Source of the DNA: Catajapyx aquilonaris
Lineage: Eukaryota
Direction of reading: 5' to 3'
DNA: 34,799 bases
Assembly: GCA_000934665.2 (NCBI GenBank)
Contig: JYFJ02005688.1
Location: forward strand, 1 to 34,799
Part shown: positions 23,304 to 34,799 of the stretch, piece after piece
Layout of the letters: each line of letters begins with the position of its first letter
Numbering within the stretch: the stretch's first letter is position 1
Translations under genes and position numbers: made by a program
The notes under the pieces: model-generated
Seen by the model: the letters and a program-made list of their open reading frames with translations, nothing else
What the model was told of the DNA's origin: nothing
Database searches by the model: none

Positions 23304-23502
23304 CAGTTTCTCAACCGGAACCCCATGGTTCTGTGAGCAATTGCCAGGGGTTCCGCAAGGAATAGTGGTATAATAGGCTAATCAAAATAATGTAAATGTA
23401 CTTTTTAATCATTAATCGGTATATAATTTTTTTGTAGGGGCTCCCTGAGACATGAATATGATTTACAGGGTTCCCCAAGGATAAAAAGGTTGAGAAATGC
23501 TG
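23304..23502. mobile_element. hAT (Buster-type) MITE
   Basis: TIRs CAGTTTCTCAACC / GGTTGAGAAATGCTG and 8-bp TSD CTTTAGAG. Confidence 0.88.
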
Positions 23503-26471
23503 CTTTAGAGCACGGGTTCTTTATATGCATTCACAAACTGATCAAATATTCAATTCTTTATTGGTGTCTGACTGGCAAATGCAATTTTCTTACAGGAGTA
23601 GGGTTCAGATTGATTTAGAGAACGTTTTTGGCCTTCCCAAAAAATGCAATGAAAAGTAAATTTGACAAACACGGATTTAGAACAATGTCATTGTATTAAA
23701 AAGTGAAAAGTAAAGAAGGATTTTCCTATGACACATATGATAACGAATAGGTCCTATATGTGTAATATGACATGTTAAGGCTTGATATAAAACATGTAAT
23801 GGCTACACAAATCAGGCAAGTCTCACAATGTGGTGCTATACAATCCTATGACAGGTTACAAACTGATCAGTCAAACTACAAGTGCCACAGTGCCAGTGTG
23901 TTCCAGAATTTGGCTCATCCATTTCAGTTAATATGTGGACTCCTCTGTTAAGTTGGTACTCCTGTGCACACATAGTCCGTCAGAAACACTTATGGCGGAT
24001 CCGCCAGGGGCGAATCCCCTCTCTTCATTTCGTCTCCCATTCATAGTGCCAACAGGACTTGTGGGAATGCTTGACATTTTTGCTGATATGGATAGGAGCT
24101 AAATTTTTAAAAGCAGTGCAAGTTCTTGCTATATCTACAGTGACAGTACACCATTATGGTACACATATGCCTTCGAAAACACTAAATATGGGCACCGGAT
24201 CATCTCAGCGCACTCTCACCGCTACTGACCTATAGTCAAAAACATCTGCTCTATGAGAAAAACCTTTACAATGCAGTATTTTGTCCAGTAGTCCTATATG
24301 CAAGCCAGCACTTATTCAGTAGGCTAACCTTAAATGACAGTCACCTGATTATTTCACCTGTTCACAAATGCACATCCCAACCCCAGGCAACAGAGGCTAG
24401 AAGGACAAGGTGTCACCACCACATTATCTGCAAAATGCTACCAAGTCCTTATCATTATAAAAAAGCCGGGGGGGGGGGGGGGGGTGGGGTAGGCTGGAGC
24501 GTGTCAACAACATAACGTATTGTAGTCCCTTCATCACCTATCAGAGCCATGCACACGGACGCCTCCTCATTGCCAACAGCACACCGGAATATGTAGTGTA
24601 AATGCAAGACCTTGCTCGCGATGCTTTCATTTTCCTTCAGGGGAGGGGGAGGTGACAAAAATGTTTATCCTGCTGGACTGCAATAAAAAAAATACCCGAC
24701 ATCTCAGATACGTTCTGATATGGTGTTACTCTATATTTGAAAAGCACAAAGGTCAATATCAGCTGGAAATTTCTCATCTACGGAAAGATGAGCCAACCCT
24801 GCTTCCTGCTAACAAGTTATCACCTCGCGGCGACTTATACTCACTGCTATTTTCAAATCACATTTCGCTAGTCTGATACTCCACCATGCTACATGGCTGC
24901 TACTCTGAATCGCGCTTTGTAGCTTGTAGGTATCGTACAGTGTATGCGGATGTGTTACCAGATGGTTTTGGTCAGACAGTTCCTCTAGTCCTCTGTGGTG
25001 TGAGCTGGCGGGCTGGCGGTGGGAAGTCATCTGGCAACAACGCAACGTATTCCCGCTCTCGTTGGCGTGTAGATAGAGAGCTCTCGAGTCGTGGTGTCGG
25101 TTGGCCGACGCGAAGGATTTCTGGATTTGTGTTCGGCTCTCCGTTGTTTGATAATCAGCGACAGAGGACGGACTGCCCAGAGGACCGCGACAGCGAGTTC
25201 CGTGGCGTGGCGTGTCGTGGGTAGTGGTGAGGTTCTGGAAGCTTCCGGGTCTGATTTTGGAACCGGCAAGTACCCGTTGGGAATCGAGTAGGCCTAGCTG
25301 TGTCGCCCCTGTGTGCTAAGGAGTAAATCACTCATTCGGTGCTTGAGTGCATCAAGGACTTGCACAGTGCCGGACATTACGTGTGTGTGACAAACTGACA
25401 GAGTGATTTACTCCCATTCGCGTACGGTGCTCGTGCAGGCAGAGGCTGTTGCACCAGTGTGCCCATAACCGATTCCCAACAGGTGGCCTTAGTATATACC
25501 ATTTGGGATTACCCTGGTATCCTGATAGCCGAATTACCCATGTCTTCTCCTGGCCTTAGTGGTGATCACCTAGAAGAGAAAGCCGACATGCCTCCAAGGG
25601 GACGTGATCCTCGTGACCGGATGGAAAGGGTAATTATGCGTTGGTGTGAGCGTGTGTGACATTGGACATCAAGGCAGATTGGAAACCCACTCAGAGGGTG
25701 ATATGCACTTAAATGTGGGAAACAGCTATTTCTGAGGTGCCAGAAAATAACTAATGGGATATCATCCATAGTCCTCTAATCCAGTATGTTCCACTACTAT
25801 GGGAATGTCTCAGCAATAGTTTCTTATGCTCCTGATTGAAAATTGCAGCACTGTGACATATGTTCTTAATTTTATGGTGGTGCAATAGTGTATTGGTTCA
25901 TGTTGCAGTCTTTCACCTCTGAGGCCCAGTTTTATCCCCAACACTGTGTGTTCTACCCTTTTGCCCCATTTCTTGCTCGAGATATAGAGTACGGAACTTT
26001 TGGCCTATGGTCTAGCCACCACTTCACTTACAACTTCCTACCAACTAACATTACAGTGAAACCTGTATAAAGTAGAATCATTACATTCCCCATTAATTGT
26101 CTGCAATAAACAAGTTTCCACTCTCAGACAATACCAAAGTAGTAAGAATATTAAAATGCCTTCTAATTGGTGCCTCAGAGCCTGCCATTTGGAGCTTTTG
26201 AGTCTCTTTCGGTTGGGCAGTTATACTAGATGTAGTAGGGGCAGGTCCATGCAGAGCTTGACTGAGACCCAGGGCAGGAGTCATGATATAACAACATTAA
26301 AATACGATAACAGGAACTAAAGTGTGGAAAACGAAATGACGATCTGACTTCATCATCACATAACAATATGAGTAAACAGTGTCAACAAAAAGAACATTGC
26401 TTACTCCTATTGTTGCATGAAAACAAAATGATGACGTCAGATCGTCGTTTTGTTTTCCGCACTGTATAGAC

Positions 26472-27832
26472 AAGCGTTTCTCAACTGGGGTTCCGCGAGA
26501 AATAGTGACGAATAGGCTATTCATATGTAAAGGTATTTTTGAGTCATTAATCGATATTTATGTACAGGAGTTGGACAAAATAATAGGGATACTTGCAAAA
26601 AGTGGTTGAAAGGTCGCGTCTGTTTTATTAGAAAACTGGAAATGTTACAAAGATAAATTTTACTGAGTTTTGAAGCTCTGTCGATGAGCATTTGTCAAGG
26701 TATGCAGATGGGGTCATTCCATGTCAAATCATCAAAGAAATAATAAGTTTTGGATTTTGATGCCATGGATTTGGCTAATTTTTGTGATACCTGTTCCTTT
26801 CCATCTGACATGGACAAAATTTTTTTTTTTTTTTCAATTTTTCCTGTCATAGGTTTTTGAGTTTTGGAATGTTCAATAATTGGCAAAACCTCCCAAAAAC
26901 CTCTTACCGCCAAACCTTTAAATACGATTTCCCAGAGAACCGTTCCAGATACAGAGCCAATATGTGTGAATTTTAGGACAATTTTAAATTATACCGATTT
27001 TTGGAACATGTAAAATGAAGTTTTGAAAAGTTCAGAAAAATGTATATGTCCTGAATAACCATACATGTTACATATCATATGAAATCCGTCTTCATTGGCT
27101 TTATAATGAGACCATTGCCAGCCCTGTATCTGGAACGGTTCTCTGAGAAATCGTATGTAAAGGTTTGGCTGTAAGCGGTTTTTGGGAAGTTTTGCCAATT
27201 ATTGAACATTCCAAAACTCAAAAACCGATGACAGGAAAAATTGATTTTTTTTCTTTTTATTTGTCCATGTCAGATGGGAAGGAACAGGTATCCCAAAAAT
27301 TAGCCAAATCCATGACATTGAGGTCCAGGTCACTCGTTGAATTCACATGGAATGACCCGATGCCGAAAAAAATGATGAGAGGAGGGGGGAAACGAAAGTC
27401 GAACGACACCTCCTCAGCCACAATTTTCGACCAGTGTCCCACCCTATTCATTTGAAAACGACAAGAGTTACAGATATGAACATTACTGTGTTTTTAAGCC
27501 TATCGATGTCACTTTGTGTGGTATACAGATGGCCCAAAAAGCTACGAGAGAGTGGGCAAAAAAAAGAAATAGCACTCCCCCAGCACTAAATCATAGTTGC
27601 ATGAATAGAACTTCAGTATCCAGTGAAGTAAATATCTGTAACTGACTAACTGCTTTCGTTTGGAAATGAAAAGGGAGGGATACTCTGGTCGAAAATGACA
27701 GCTGGGGCGTGTCATTCAATTTATTTTACCCCCCTCCTCTTGTGACTTAATTGTAAAATCGGCATACCTAGAATGATGTACATCAACAGAGCTTCAAGGG
27801 TTCCGCATGGGTAAAAAGGTTGAGAAACGCTG
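26472..27832. mobile_element. hAT (Buster-type) MITE expanded by nested insertions
   Basis: TIRs AGCGTTTCTCAAC / GTTGAGAAACGCTG and 8-bp TSD GTATAGAC (26464-26471, 27833-27840). Similar to the 23304 element. Confidence 0.82.
26710..27359. mobile_element. Nested fold-back MITE with ~250-bp inverted arms
   Basis: Termini GGGTCATTCCATGT / ACATGGAATGACCC. The arms give the near-identical opposite-strand ORFs 26695-26913(-) and 27165-27455(+). Confidence 0.85.
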
Positions 27833-28403
27833 GTATAGACCTTCGGTCACAAATGGAGCTGGTTCAGTGCAATTGTTGGTACCATAAATTCCTAATAGTG
27901 CAATTGTAGGGGTTATGTGCCCCTCTGTACATAGGGAACTTCCCAACACAGTATTTGTGAGCATTTATTGCCCCTTTCCCTTTTCCATGTCTCGAGTGGT
28001 TGCATTTTCAGGGTGAGTGAATTAGGCCATGTTTGTTATATGTGTTGCCATATGTGTTGAATAAAACTGGTGCGCATGAATTTTTGTAGCTGACTGCATA
28101 ATCTGATACATCATCATTTTAGCACTCAAGGTCCTACGTTCAGGTTGAAGCAGCTGATTCCCGTTTTCTTCCTAGTTCTTACAACACGCCTGCCATCTCC
28201 CCATGTTTTTGCCCAACATAATTCATAGATGTAGCTATTGTAAGACATGATGGTTTTTACTAACTGATGCCTTCAGTTGCTACATCCTAGTTCTTCACTA
28301 CTTTTAGTGATGTGTAGACAAAATGCTGAGTAAAAGCTGGGGTGAAAGGCTATACTTTTCCCATTACTGACATGGTGAGTACAATACTTCTCAATTATTT
28401 CAG

Positions 28404-31400
28404 GTCAAGAAGAGCAAGGAGAGGGTGAATCGTAAGAAGGAAGAACTGGAACTCCGACGAATGAGCCAGGAGCTTGTGGACAAGGCCAATGAGCAGGTTG
28501 ATCCAATGGCCGAATTGACAGCCTTCAGACAGTTCACGAATGGCCGCATGCAAGTTAATATGCAGTGCAGTAAAATTGGGGCTCTTGATGAACCTACAAA
28601 GGAGTGGGTTTTTGACCTGACCAAACGCAACATGCAATACCTGTGAGAGCACTTCAGATATTTTGCTCAATTTCATAGTCTGGAGATCATAAGATTGCAT
28701 GCCTAAATTGTCCCTCATTTGGTGATATGGGGAGGATATCTACTGGGTACAGTGCTGAACATTAATTTGGTCGTACTGCTAGTGACAGAAGTGCACATCG
28801 AAGTGATCAAGTGCGAGCCATGCGAGTAAGAAATGGTAGGCCTAGGGTGACGTCACCAGCTGGGGGCAATGGAGAAAAGGGTTTGTCCCCAGCCGGTGAC
28901 ATCACCCAAGGACCATTTATTATTCACACGGCTCTCACGCCATCACTTCGTGTGCACATCTGCCACATCAGAAAATGTTGCTAGCAGTATGATGGAATGA
29001 ATGTCCAGCACTGTACCAGGTGCAATGAATATGATGTGATGCAATAAATTCAATACAGTCGTAGGACTACTACCTGCTTGACCGTGACTCTGACCTCTGA
29101 ATGCAGCATATTTGACAGTCTTGGCATTTCAGATTTAGAAAAGCCAAACCAGGAGTGAAAAATTATGGGAACTTTTTGGGGGGTGGGTCAGAGACATTGT
29201 CTACCCTTAGCCAAAACAATATCACGAAAGCTAAGAGTTGCTTTACTACATAAGCAAAATATCTATGCAATTATTGATAAGCGTGGGAATACCGTATTAC
29301 CTCTCATAAAGCGGCATGCCAGTGTAGTCGGGGTTGACCAGTTTTAGAAATGACTGATCTGGTGGCTATTCTGGCATTCCGGTGTAAGGGGAGGTATGCC
29401 GGTATAAGGCGAGGTTTTCGCATAAGTTACATTATCCTTTCTGAACTTGACATATTTGCCTGAAAATCAAAATTCACGTAGGCACATTTTCGAAATGTAT
29501 TGTTTTCAATTGCAGTGCCTGGCAATAATCTATATTTAAACAGTATGTTGGAGCAGGGGGTTCCCCTGTCAAAGCAGGCTGACGATGGGATTGGTCACAC
29601 AATCTACATATTTTATATGCACTGTTCAACAGAACTTGCATATTCTCACAGCCTGTACACTCGCCCATTTTCATTATAACATTGTTTTAGTATGGTACCA
29701 GAAGCATTCAAAAAATTTTGGCAATAAGGATCAAAATTACGGAAATCTACCTCAGTTATTGCAGCATGCCAGCCACCCCGGGTTATACTCGCAGGGTTCC
29801 CACACTGTCGGGAAACTCCTAAGAATGTCGGGAATTCGTATTTGCTTATTCCCGACCTTGAAAAAGTCGGGATTTCAAGGAAAATGACAAAATGTCGGGA
29901 AAATGTTGGGAAAGTGCAAAAATATTCAGAAAACCAAAGAATGGATGGACCTTATAGGTACTGAGTTCATGGATTTTCTATCACCACCCCACCACCAAAA
30001 TGCCCCACCCCCACTTCCCAACAAGCTTAATCCTCAAAAGGGATTGGAAGCTAAAGGGGAGTTCACACTAGCTGACGGGAGCATACGAAAAGAACGATCT
30101 GAAAGAGTGGACCAATCAGAGCCCACTTGAGGATGACGAAAAGTGAAAGGGATTACGAAACGGAAAAATCGGGAGAAATCAACTTTTGACGGACACGGAA
30201 TACAAAATACGTAGGCTTACGGACCTATCCACCAATGGAAGAGCCAGGAAAGCGGTAGGGGTGTGGCGAGCGAAAGTGAAAGGGAAAGCCGGCAGCGCCT
30301 CTGGCGGGGACAGGACGAAGGACATCAGTCGGGAGTGGAGACCCAGGGGGAGCGGGCCTCGGGAGATGGGAGAAGAGAAGGGTATGATACCGGTCCGAAG
30401 AGAGGGAGAGCCCGAGGGAGATCCGGCTTCCTCCCCGAGAATTCAAGCACAGCGCATGCGCTGCGGGATACGGAGGCATAAACCCACGCCACTCGCTTTT
30501 GTGTCTGAACACCTTTCCCCTCTTTCCGTTTGTTCCGTCATACCGTTCCGTTCGTTTCGTATGCTACCGTCAGCTAGTGTGAACCAGCCTTAACCCTTAT
30601 GAGGATGAAGAATTTTGGTGGTGGNACCGGAAAAACCCAGGAACTCAGTCGCAACCCAGGCGGGATTGTTCAAAAAAATGTTTCGCTAAAATGTTGTGGG
30701 AAGTCTTTCAGCATGATACGAAGGTTAACTTGTCGCCATTTTAAATTTTGATAATATGAACTGTTCAAAAAATAAAGCAAAAATAACATTCTGCCGCCAT
30801 TTTTCCAAGATGGGTGCTGTAATAGGTAGTGTAAAACAGGCGAAAACTATTCTTCCTCTGGGTGAGATCAATATTGTAAGAAACAAGTCAATTGGTTGGG
30901 GTTAGTCCGTTTCATGGGGATGGGTGAAATTCAATTGTAATTAAAAATATTCCAGACTTGGGGTCGGGAAGAATTAGGCGACTCCAAGTCTCGAATATTT
31001 TTAATTGCAATCGAATTTCACCCGTGGCAGCAGTGGCGTATGCAGGGGGGGGAAGGGGGCCCAGGCAGGTCGCACCCCCCCCCCCCCCCCNCCCCCCCCC
31101 CCCCCCCCAAGAGGGGGCTGCACGAAATGTTTGAAATAGCATTAAAATTACTAATTCATGATTTTTTTTTGAAAAAGATCTACCAATTTCATCAAATACA
31201 CACCCATTCAAATCTCCAACATTCACCTAAGCTTGTGTGACCTTAACTCAAAAAATTTCCTCCCCGCCCTTTACTGCTTGTTCGCCTAGTGCTTATGAAA
31301 TGGGCCCCCACCTGAAATTTTTCTGCCTACGCAGCCTGCCTTATTGTTGAATATTTTAATGGGGGGCGGGGGATGTACAAAACTTAAACGAAAATTCACC

Positions 31401-34274
31401 TAGGCTTGTGTGACCTTGAAGCTTGGACCTCCAAAAATTCGCCTGCCACGCGCAATTTTTTGCTCCTCTCATTGGCCCTACCACTACGCTGGCTTTTGGA
31501 CCTTGTCTCGTGTCCGGTTTTATTAATGCGGTAGCTTAGGCTCTGGAAGAGACTGTATTCTTCCTTAATTTGCCTTCTACAATCCAGCTACTGAATAGGG
31601 CTAAAACGGGCTATAAGTACTTATTTACACCCGCTGTATCGATTTTATCGATATTTTTGACCGATATATCGGTATATCAAGATCGTACGATTAATGATGA
31701 TTTTTTACGTTTTTCAATTTGAAATTAGTTAGCGAAATTTCAGGGAGCGGATATTAAAACTGGGCGAAAATACTCAGGCCATTTTAGCGGAAACAGTAGC
31801 CCATGTGTTGGGGAAAAGGGCGGGGAATTACGATAAAATGGTCGGGAAAACCTGGACACTATACGATCTTATTGACTAGTGTTTTCAAGTCTCGTCCCCC
31901 AAGTCCCAAAGAAAGCGAATTTTTTGCAGATACTTGCAAAAACGCGAAAAACCACCCGTCTTATTAGGGTTAAAAACTGAGTTTCACTTTTTCATGTTAT
32001 GCTATTAGGAACAACTACCAATAAAAATTATTCTGCCACATGGCAAAATCAATCCTGGAAGACAGCCTTTTATCTGTATTCATTTATCCTAATTGCCTGT
32101 GACCCATTCCGTAATTTTGCTAGCAGTTCTACTGAATGGAGGGGTGAAGATGTGTGTAAATACCTTTCTTGTGAACAGCAATCATTTCAGAATATGTAAT
32201 CCCGGAGAGGGAAAGAATCAATATTATTTATACGTGGGTTGTTTCATAAGTCATGGCGAATATCTTTTTATTCAAAAACGGAAACACATACAGAGATGAC
32301 CTTTGCTGAGTTTTGAAGATCCGGTGATTACAGTATGATCTGGCATATAGATGTCGCCCATATTGCGTGAGGAAACAAAGGGGGAATGTGACCACACCAT
32401 CGCCCTAAGACGGCCCAAGCTGATGCTCTTGGAGCTGTTGGACGTTGCATGCTGGAGACTCGGCGATGGACAACACGGGAGCTTGATTTCGAGTGTGGGA
32501 CAAGTCAGAGCAGTATGCTCTCTGAAAGACTGAAAGACTAAAAGGTCTCAGGAAGTTGGCATCCTCACTGGTTCCTCGCCATCTCTTTGAGGTGCAAAAG
32601 TGCCACCATTTTGTCCTCCCTTGGAACTCTTATCGCATTGAGGGCGATGGTCTTTTAAAACTGTTTGTGGCAATGGATGACATGACTCAGGTCATGGTGC
32701 TCTGACTTGTCCCACACTAGAAAGCAAGCTCCTGTGTTGTCTATCTCCGAGTGTCCCGCACGCAGCGTCCAACAGCTCCAAGAGCGACAGGCTCTGGCCG
32801 TCGTAGGGCGATGGTGCGGTGAGGGAGTCACTATCCCCTATTGTTTTCCTGCCCCCCTTGCGATATGGGCGACATCTATATGGTAGATGAAATTGTAATC
32901 GCTAGAGATTCAAAACTCAGCGAAGGTCATCTCTGTAAGTGTTACCATTTATATCGAAAGAACCTGCCACATGGCACCAGGAAAAACAAAAGAAGAGCCT
33001 TTATAGTTGTGTTTGGACCACTCAGAAGTGTTGCAGTGATGTGTTTGGGTGGAATGTTCCCCCCCACCCTACTGATAGATACTGTTCAGTTAGCAGTACC
33101 AATGCGAACACTGGTACTGCTAACTTAGTAGTATCTAGCAGTGGGACTGAAATGCCACCCAATGAGGATGTTGCTAAACTCAGCAGCTGTCAGCACTGCT
33201 GAGCTCGCTGATTGGACGATCTTCACTGAGTTTAACAACGTTTTTGCTGCCGAGTTCTGCTATTCCAAGATGGCCGCCATTTGCATACTCCACGGCCGAG
33301 GAGTGTTGTATATATATGCAGGTCTGGAAAGTAGCCCCCTTATCGCGTGAATCTCCAGCGTCCCACCCACCAGCTTCTACGCCACAGTACATGGAGCAAC
33401 ACCCCTCACTGCAACGAAAATTATTACTATTAATTGAGAACAGAGGGGGGAATGAACCTGAATGAATGGACCATTCCTACTAGATTTGAATTGGCGGTTT
33501 GGGAGTATTGGTTTGTCTCATTCCCCCACCAGGTTTGCTGTATGTGGTCCGGCATAGAGCACTAAAAAACGGGACAAAAGCGCCACAAACCCAGCGATTC
33601 GGCACGCTACCTAACTACTGATGAGCCTCTCCTTGCCTCTCGAAAGTCACAGGGGTCGGAGGGGGAAGTCTATGTGAAACTTTGTGAGACTTTTACCAGA
33701 AGTTAAACTAAAAATATACTTAAAGTTTATTATTATTCGGATTAAACCATATTTAAAGCAGCATACAGTATGTACAGTAGTTCATTAAAAACCTGTGAGC
33801 TCATTTTTACGGCACCGAGACCTTTTGTGGATTATCTGTGTTTTCTGATTATACAGGCACAACTCGTGCATTCATTAGCGTGGATAATCAGGAGTACAGT
33901 GTAAGTCCAGGCAATTATCAGACTATCGCAGTAATTTGCTGGCGAGCTCTACTGACTCGGACAGAAAGGATTATATTGAAGTCCTGTGTAATTTGACTGA
34001 GGTATTGTGATCTGTCTTAATGTCTAAATTTTCTAATGCTTGACATTGGTGAAATACAGAATGATAAGTTTATATACTTTTAAAACTTTGACTTACTGAA
34101 CCATTTACATTGCAGGTACCGCCTGTGCAGGTGGGGATGGGACGATGCGTTCAAGAAGCAGGAACTTATGGATGACACGGCATGGTACCTCATCGCAAAG
34201 AAACCAAATGGGAAGCCTCTTGCTTTCTCCCATTTTCGATTTGATATGGACTTTGGAGTCGAGGTTCTGTACTG
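28404..34274 (+). CDS. NAA40: N-alpha-acetyltransferase 40 (NatD, histone H4/H2A N-terminal acetyltransferase), two internal exons; start exon unresolved, 3' exons beyond the window
   Basis: Exon 28404-28642 (VKKSKERVNRKKEELELRRMSQELVDKANEQVDPMAELTAFRQF...EWVFDLTKRNMQYL) and exon 34116-34274 (YRLCRWGWDDAFKKQELMDDTAWYLIAKKPNGKPLAFSHFRFDMDFGVEVLYC) match human NAA40 motifs WAFDLTKTNMQ, WGW, AWYLIA and AFSHFRFD..VLYC. The phase-2 junction is consistent. Confidence 0.92.
28750..29013. mobile_element. Fold-back MITE (TA-flanked) in an NAA40 intron
   Basis: CAGTGCTGAACATT / AATGTCCAGCACTG, TA on both sides, imperfect palindromy throughout. Confidence 0.75.
30055..30590. mobile_element. PIF/Harbinger-type MITE
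   Basis: TIRs AGGGGAGTTCACACTAGCTGACGG / CCGTCAGCTAGTGTGAACCAGCCT, flanked by TAA at 30052-30054 and 30591-30593. Confidence 0.85.
30594..31969. mobile_element. piggyBac-like non-autonomous element (contains assembly Ns and a nested GC-rich MITE-like piece at ~31031-31338)
   Basis: TTAA|CCCTTATGAG ... CTTATTAGGG|TTAA with imperfect TIRs. The N at 30625 makes the pairing of the two ends uncertain. Confidence 0.5.
32344..32882. mobile_element. Fold-back MITE with ~170-bp inverted arms
   Basis: CATATAGATGTCGCCCATAT / ATATGGGCGACATCTATATG, plus internal inverted blocks such as GCTCTTGGAGCTGTTGGACG / CGTCCAACAGCTCCAAGAGC. Confidence 0.85.
33400..33627 (+). mobile_element. Possible decayed Penelope-like element 3' end / pseudo-LTR
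   Basis: Frameshifted RKLLLLIE...MNLN..GPFLLDLNW resembles the end of a Penelope GIY-YIG domain. It is followed by CTGATGAG (33618), the first half of a hammerhead core. Confidence 0.3.
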
Positions 34275-34799
34275 GTTAGTACCGAAATACCCATATTCTC
34301 TAGCATAATTATACACATAGCTCCCTGAGAGTCATGTGAGAGTGCCGAAAGGGCTTCTTCTGAGATTGATTTTGTTGTGAGGCATGATATATATTTTTTT
34401 GAAGTTGTTCCTAATAATCTTAGATGAAAAACTGAAACTCAGTTTTTAAACATGGGGTGTGTTTTCTGAGTAGTGAAAACGTGGATTTTTAAAGTTAAGA
34501 ATATATTTGCAATCGAATCAGTTGTTTTGAAAACCACTAACAAGGGAACCTCTCGAAGTGTCACTCAAAGTTAAAGGTGATTTTTTTTTTTTCGGGTTCC
34601 TTATCAGCTAGAAGGACAACACCCTTCTGGAGAAATCCTCGATCTCAAGCGTTTTCGAGATACAGGGGTCAAAAGGTCAAGAATGGACCACTTTATGAAG
34701 GCCCTGAGGAAGCTATCATTAGTGCTATCGGCAAGATTTTTGGGATCTAGAGGTTTTTTGGGATGGGGAATACAGTGGCATAACCAAAAATCATGAATT

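Noticed and set aside
24411..24657. TGTCACC...GGTGACA termini suggesting a small solo LTR
   Set aside because: Only a 7-bp inverted match and no TSD.
26695..27455. Pair of near-identical opposite-strand ORFs (also 5709-5941)
   Set aside because: Produced by inverted-repeat arms; no coding evidence.
30186..30593. 135-aa ORF and overlapping ORFs
   Set aside because: Confined to a GC-rich Harbinger-type MITE with no transposase motifs.
18099..31108. Long G or C runs (around 18109, 19080, 24467-24490, 31091) as G-quadruplex elements
   Set aside because: Most contain an N, so their length is unreliable, and nothing else supports a function.
33618..33660. Functional hammerhead ribozyme
   Set aside because: Core motifs are present, but stems II and III cannot form.

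Overview
Eukaryotic, probably invertebrate, genomic DNA with many short (54-70 nt) GT-AG introns and a heavy load of transposable elements; I see nothing prokaryotic or CRISPR-like. It holds four genes. (1) The last four exons of an M28B NAALADase/glutamate carboxypeptidase II-like gene on + (161-1249). (2) An intact elongator tRNA-Met(CAT) at 4381-4453. (3) A complete convergent M28B paralogue on -, with 13 shared exons at 7953-11070. It appears to have two alternative, partly homologous N-terminal modules, each with a cytoplasmic tail and transmembrane anchor: module A at 20766-20971 + 17538-17753 (~811 aa) and module B at 12918-13038 + 11360-11492 (~755 aa). It also has a candidate 49-nt poison exon and an altered glutamate-recognition pocket. 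(4) Two internal exons of NAA40 (NatD) on + (28404-28642, 34116-34274). The rest contains tRNA-derived SINEs with TSDs (one V-SINE), decayed hAT/Buster, mariner, pogo and Penelope-like remnants, many MITEs (some nested), two perfect palindromes and an unexplained structured GC-rich block at ~24950-25660. All calls come from manual reading and translation; no database search was run.
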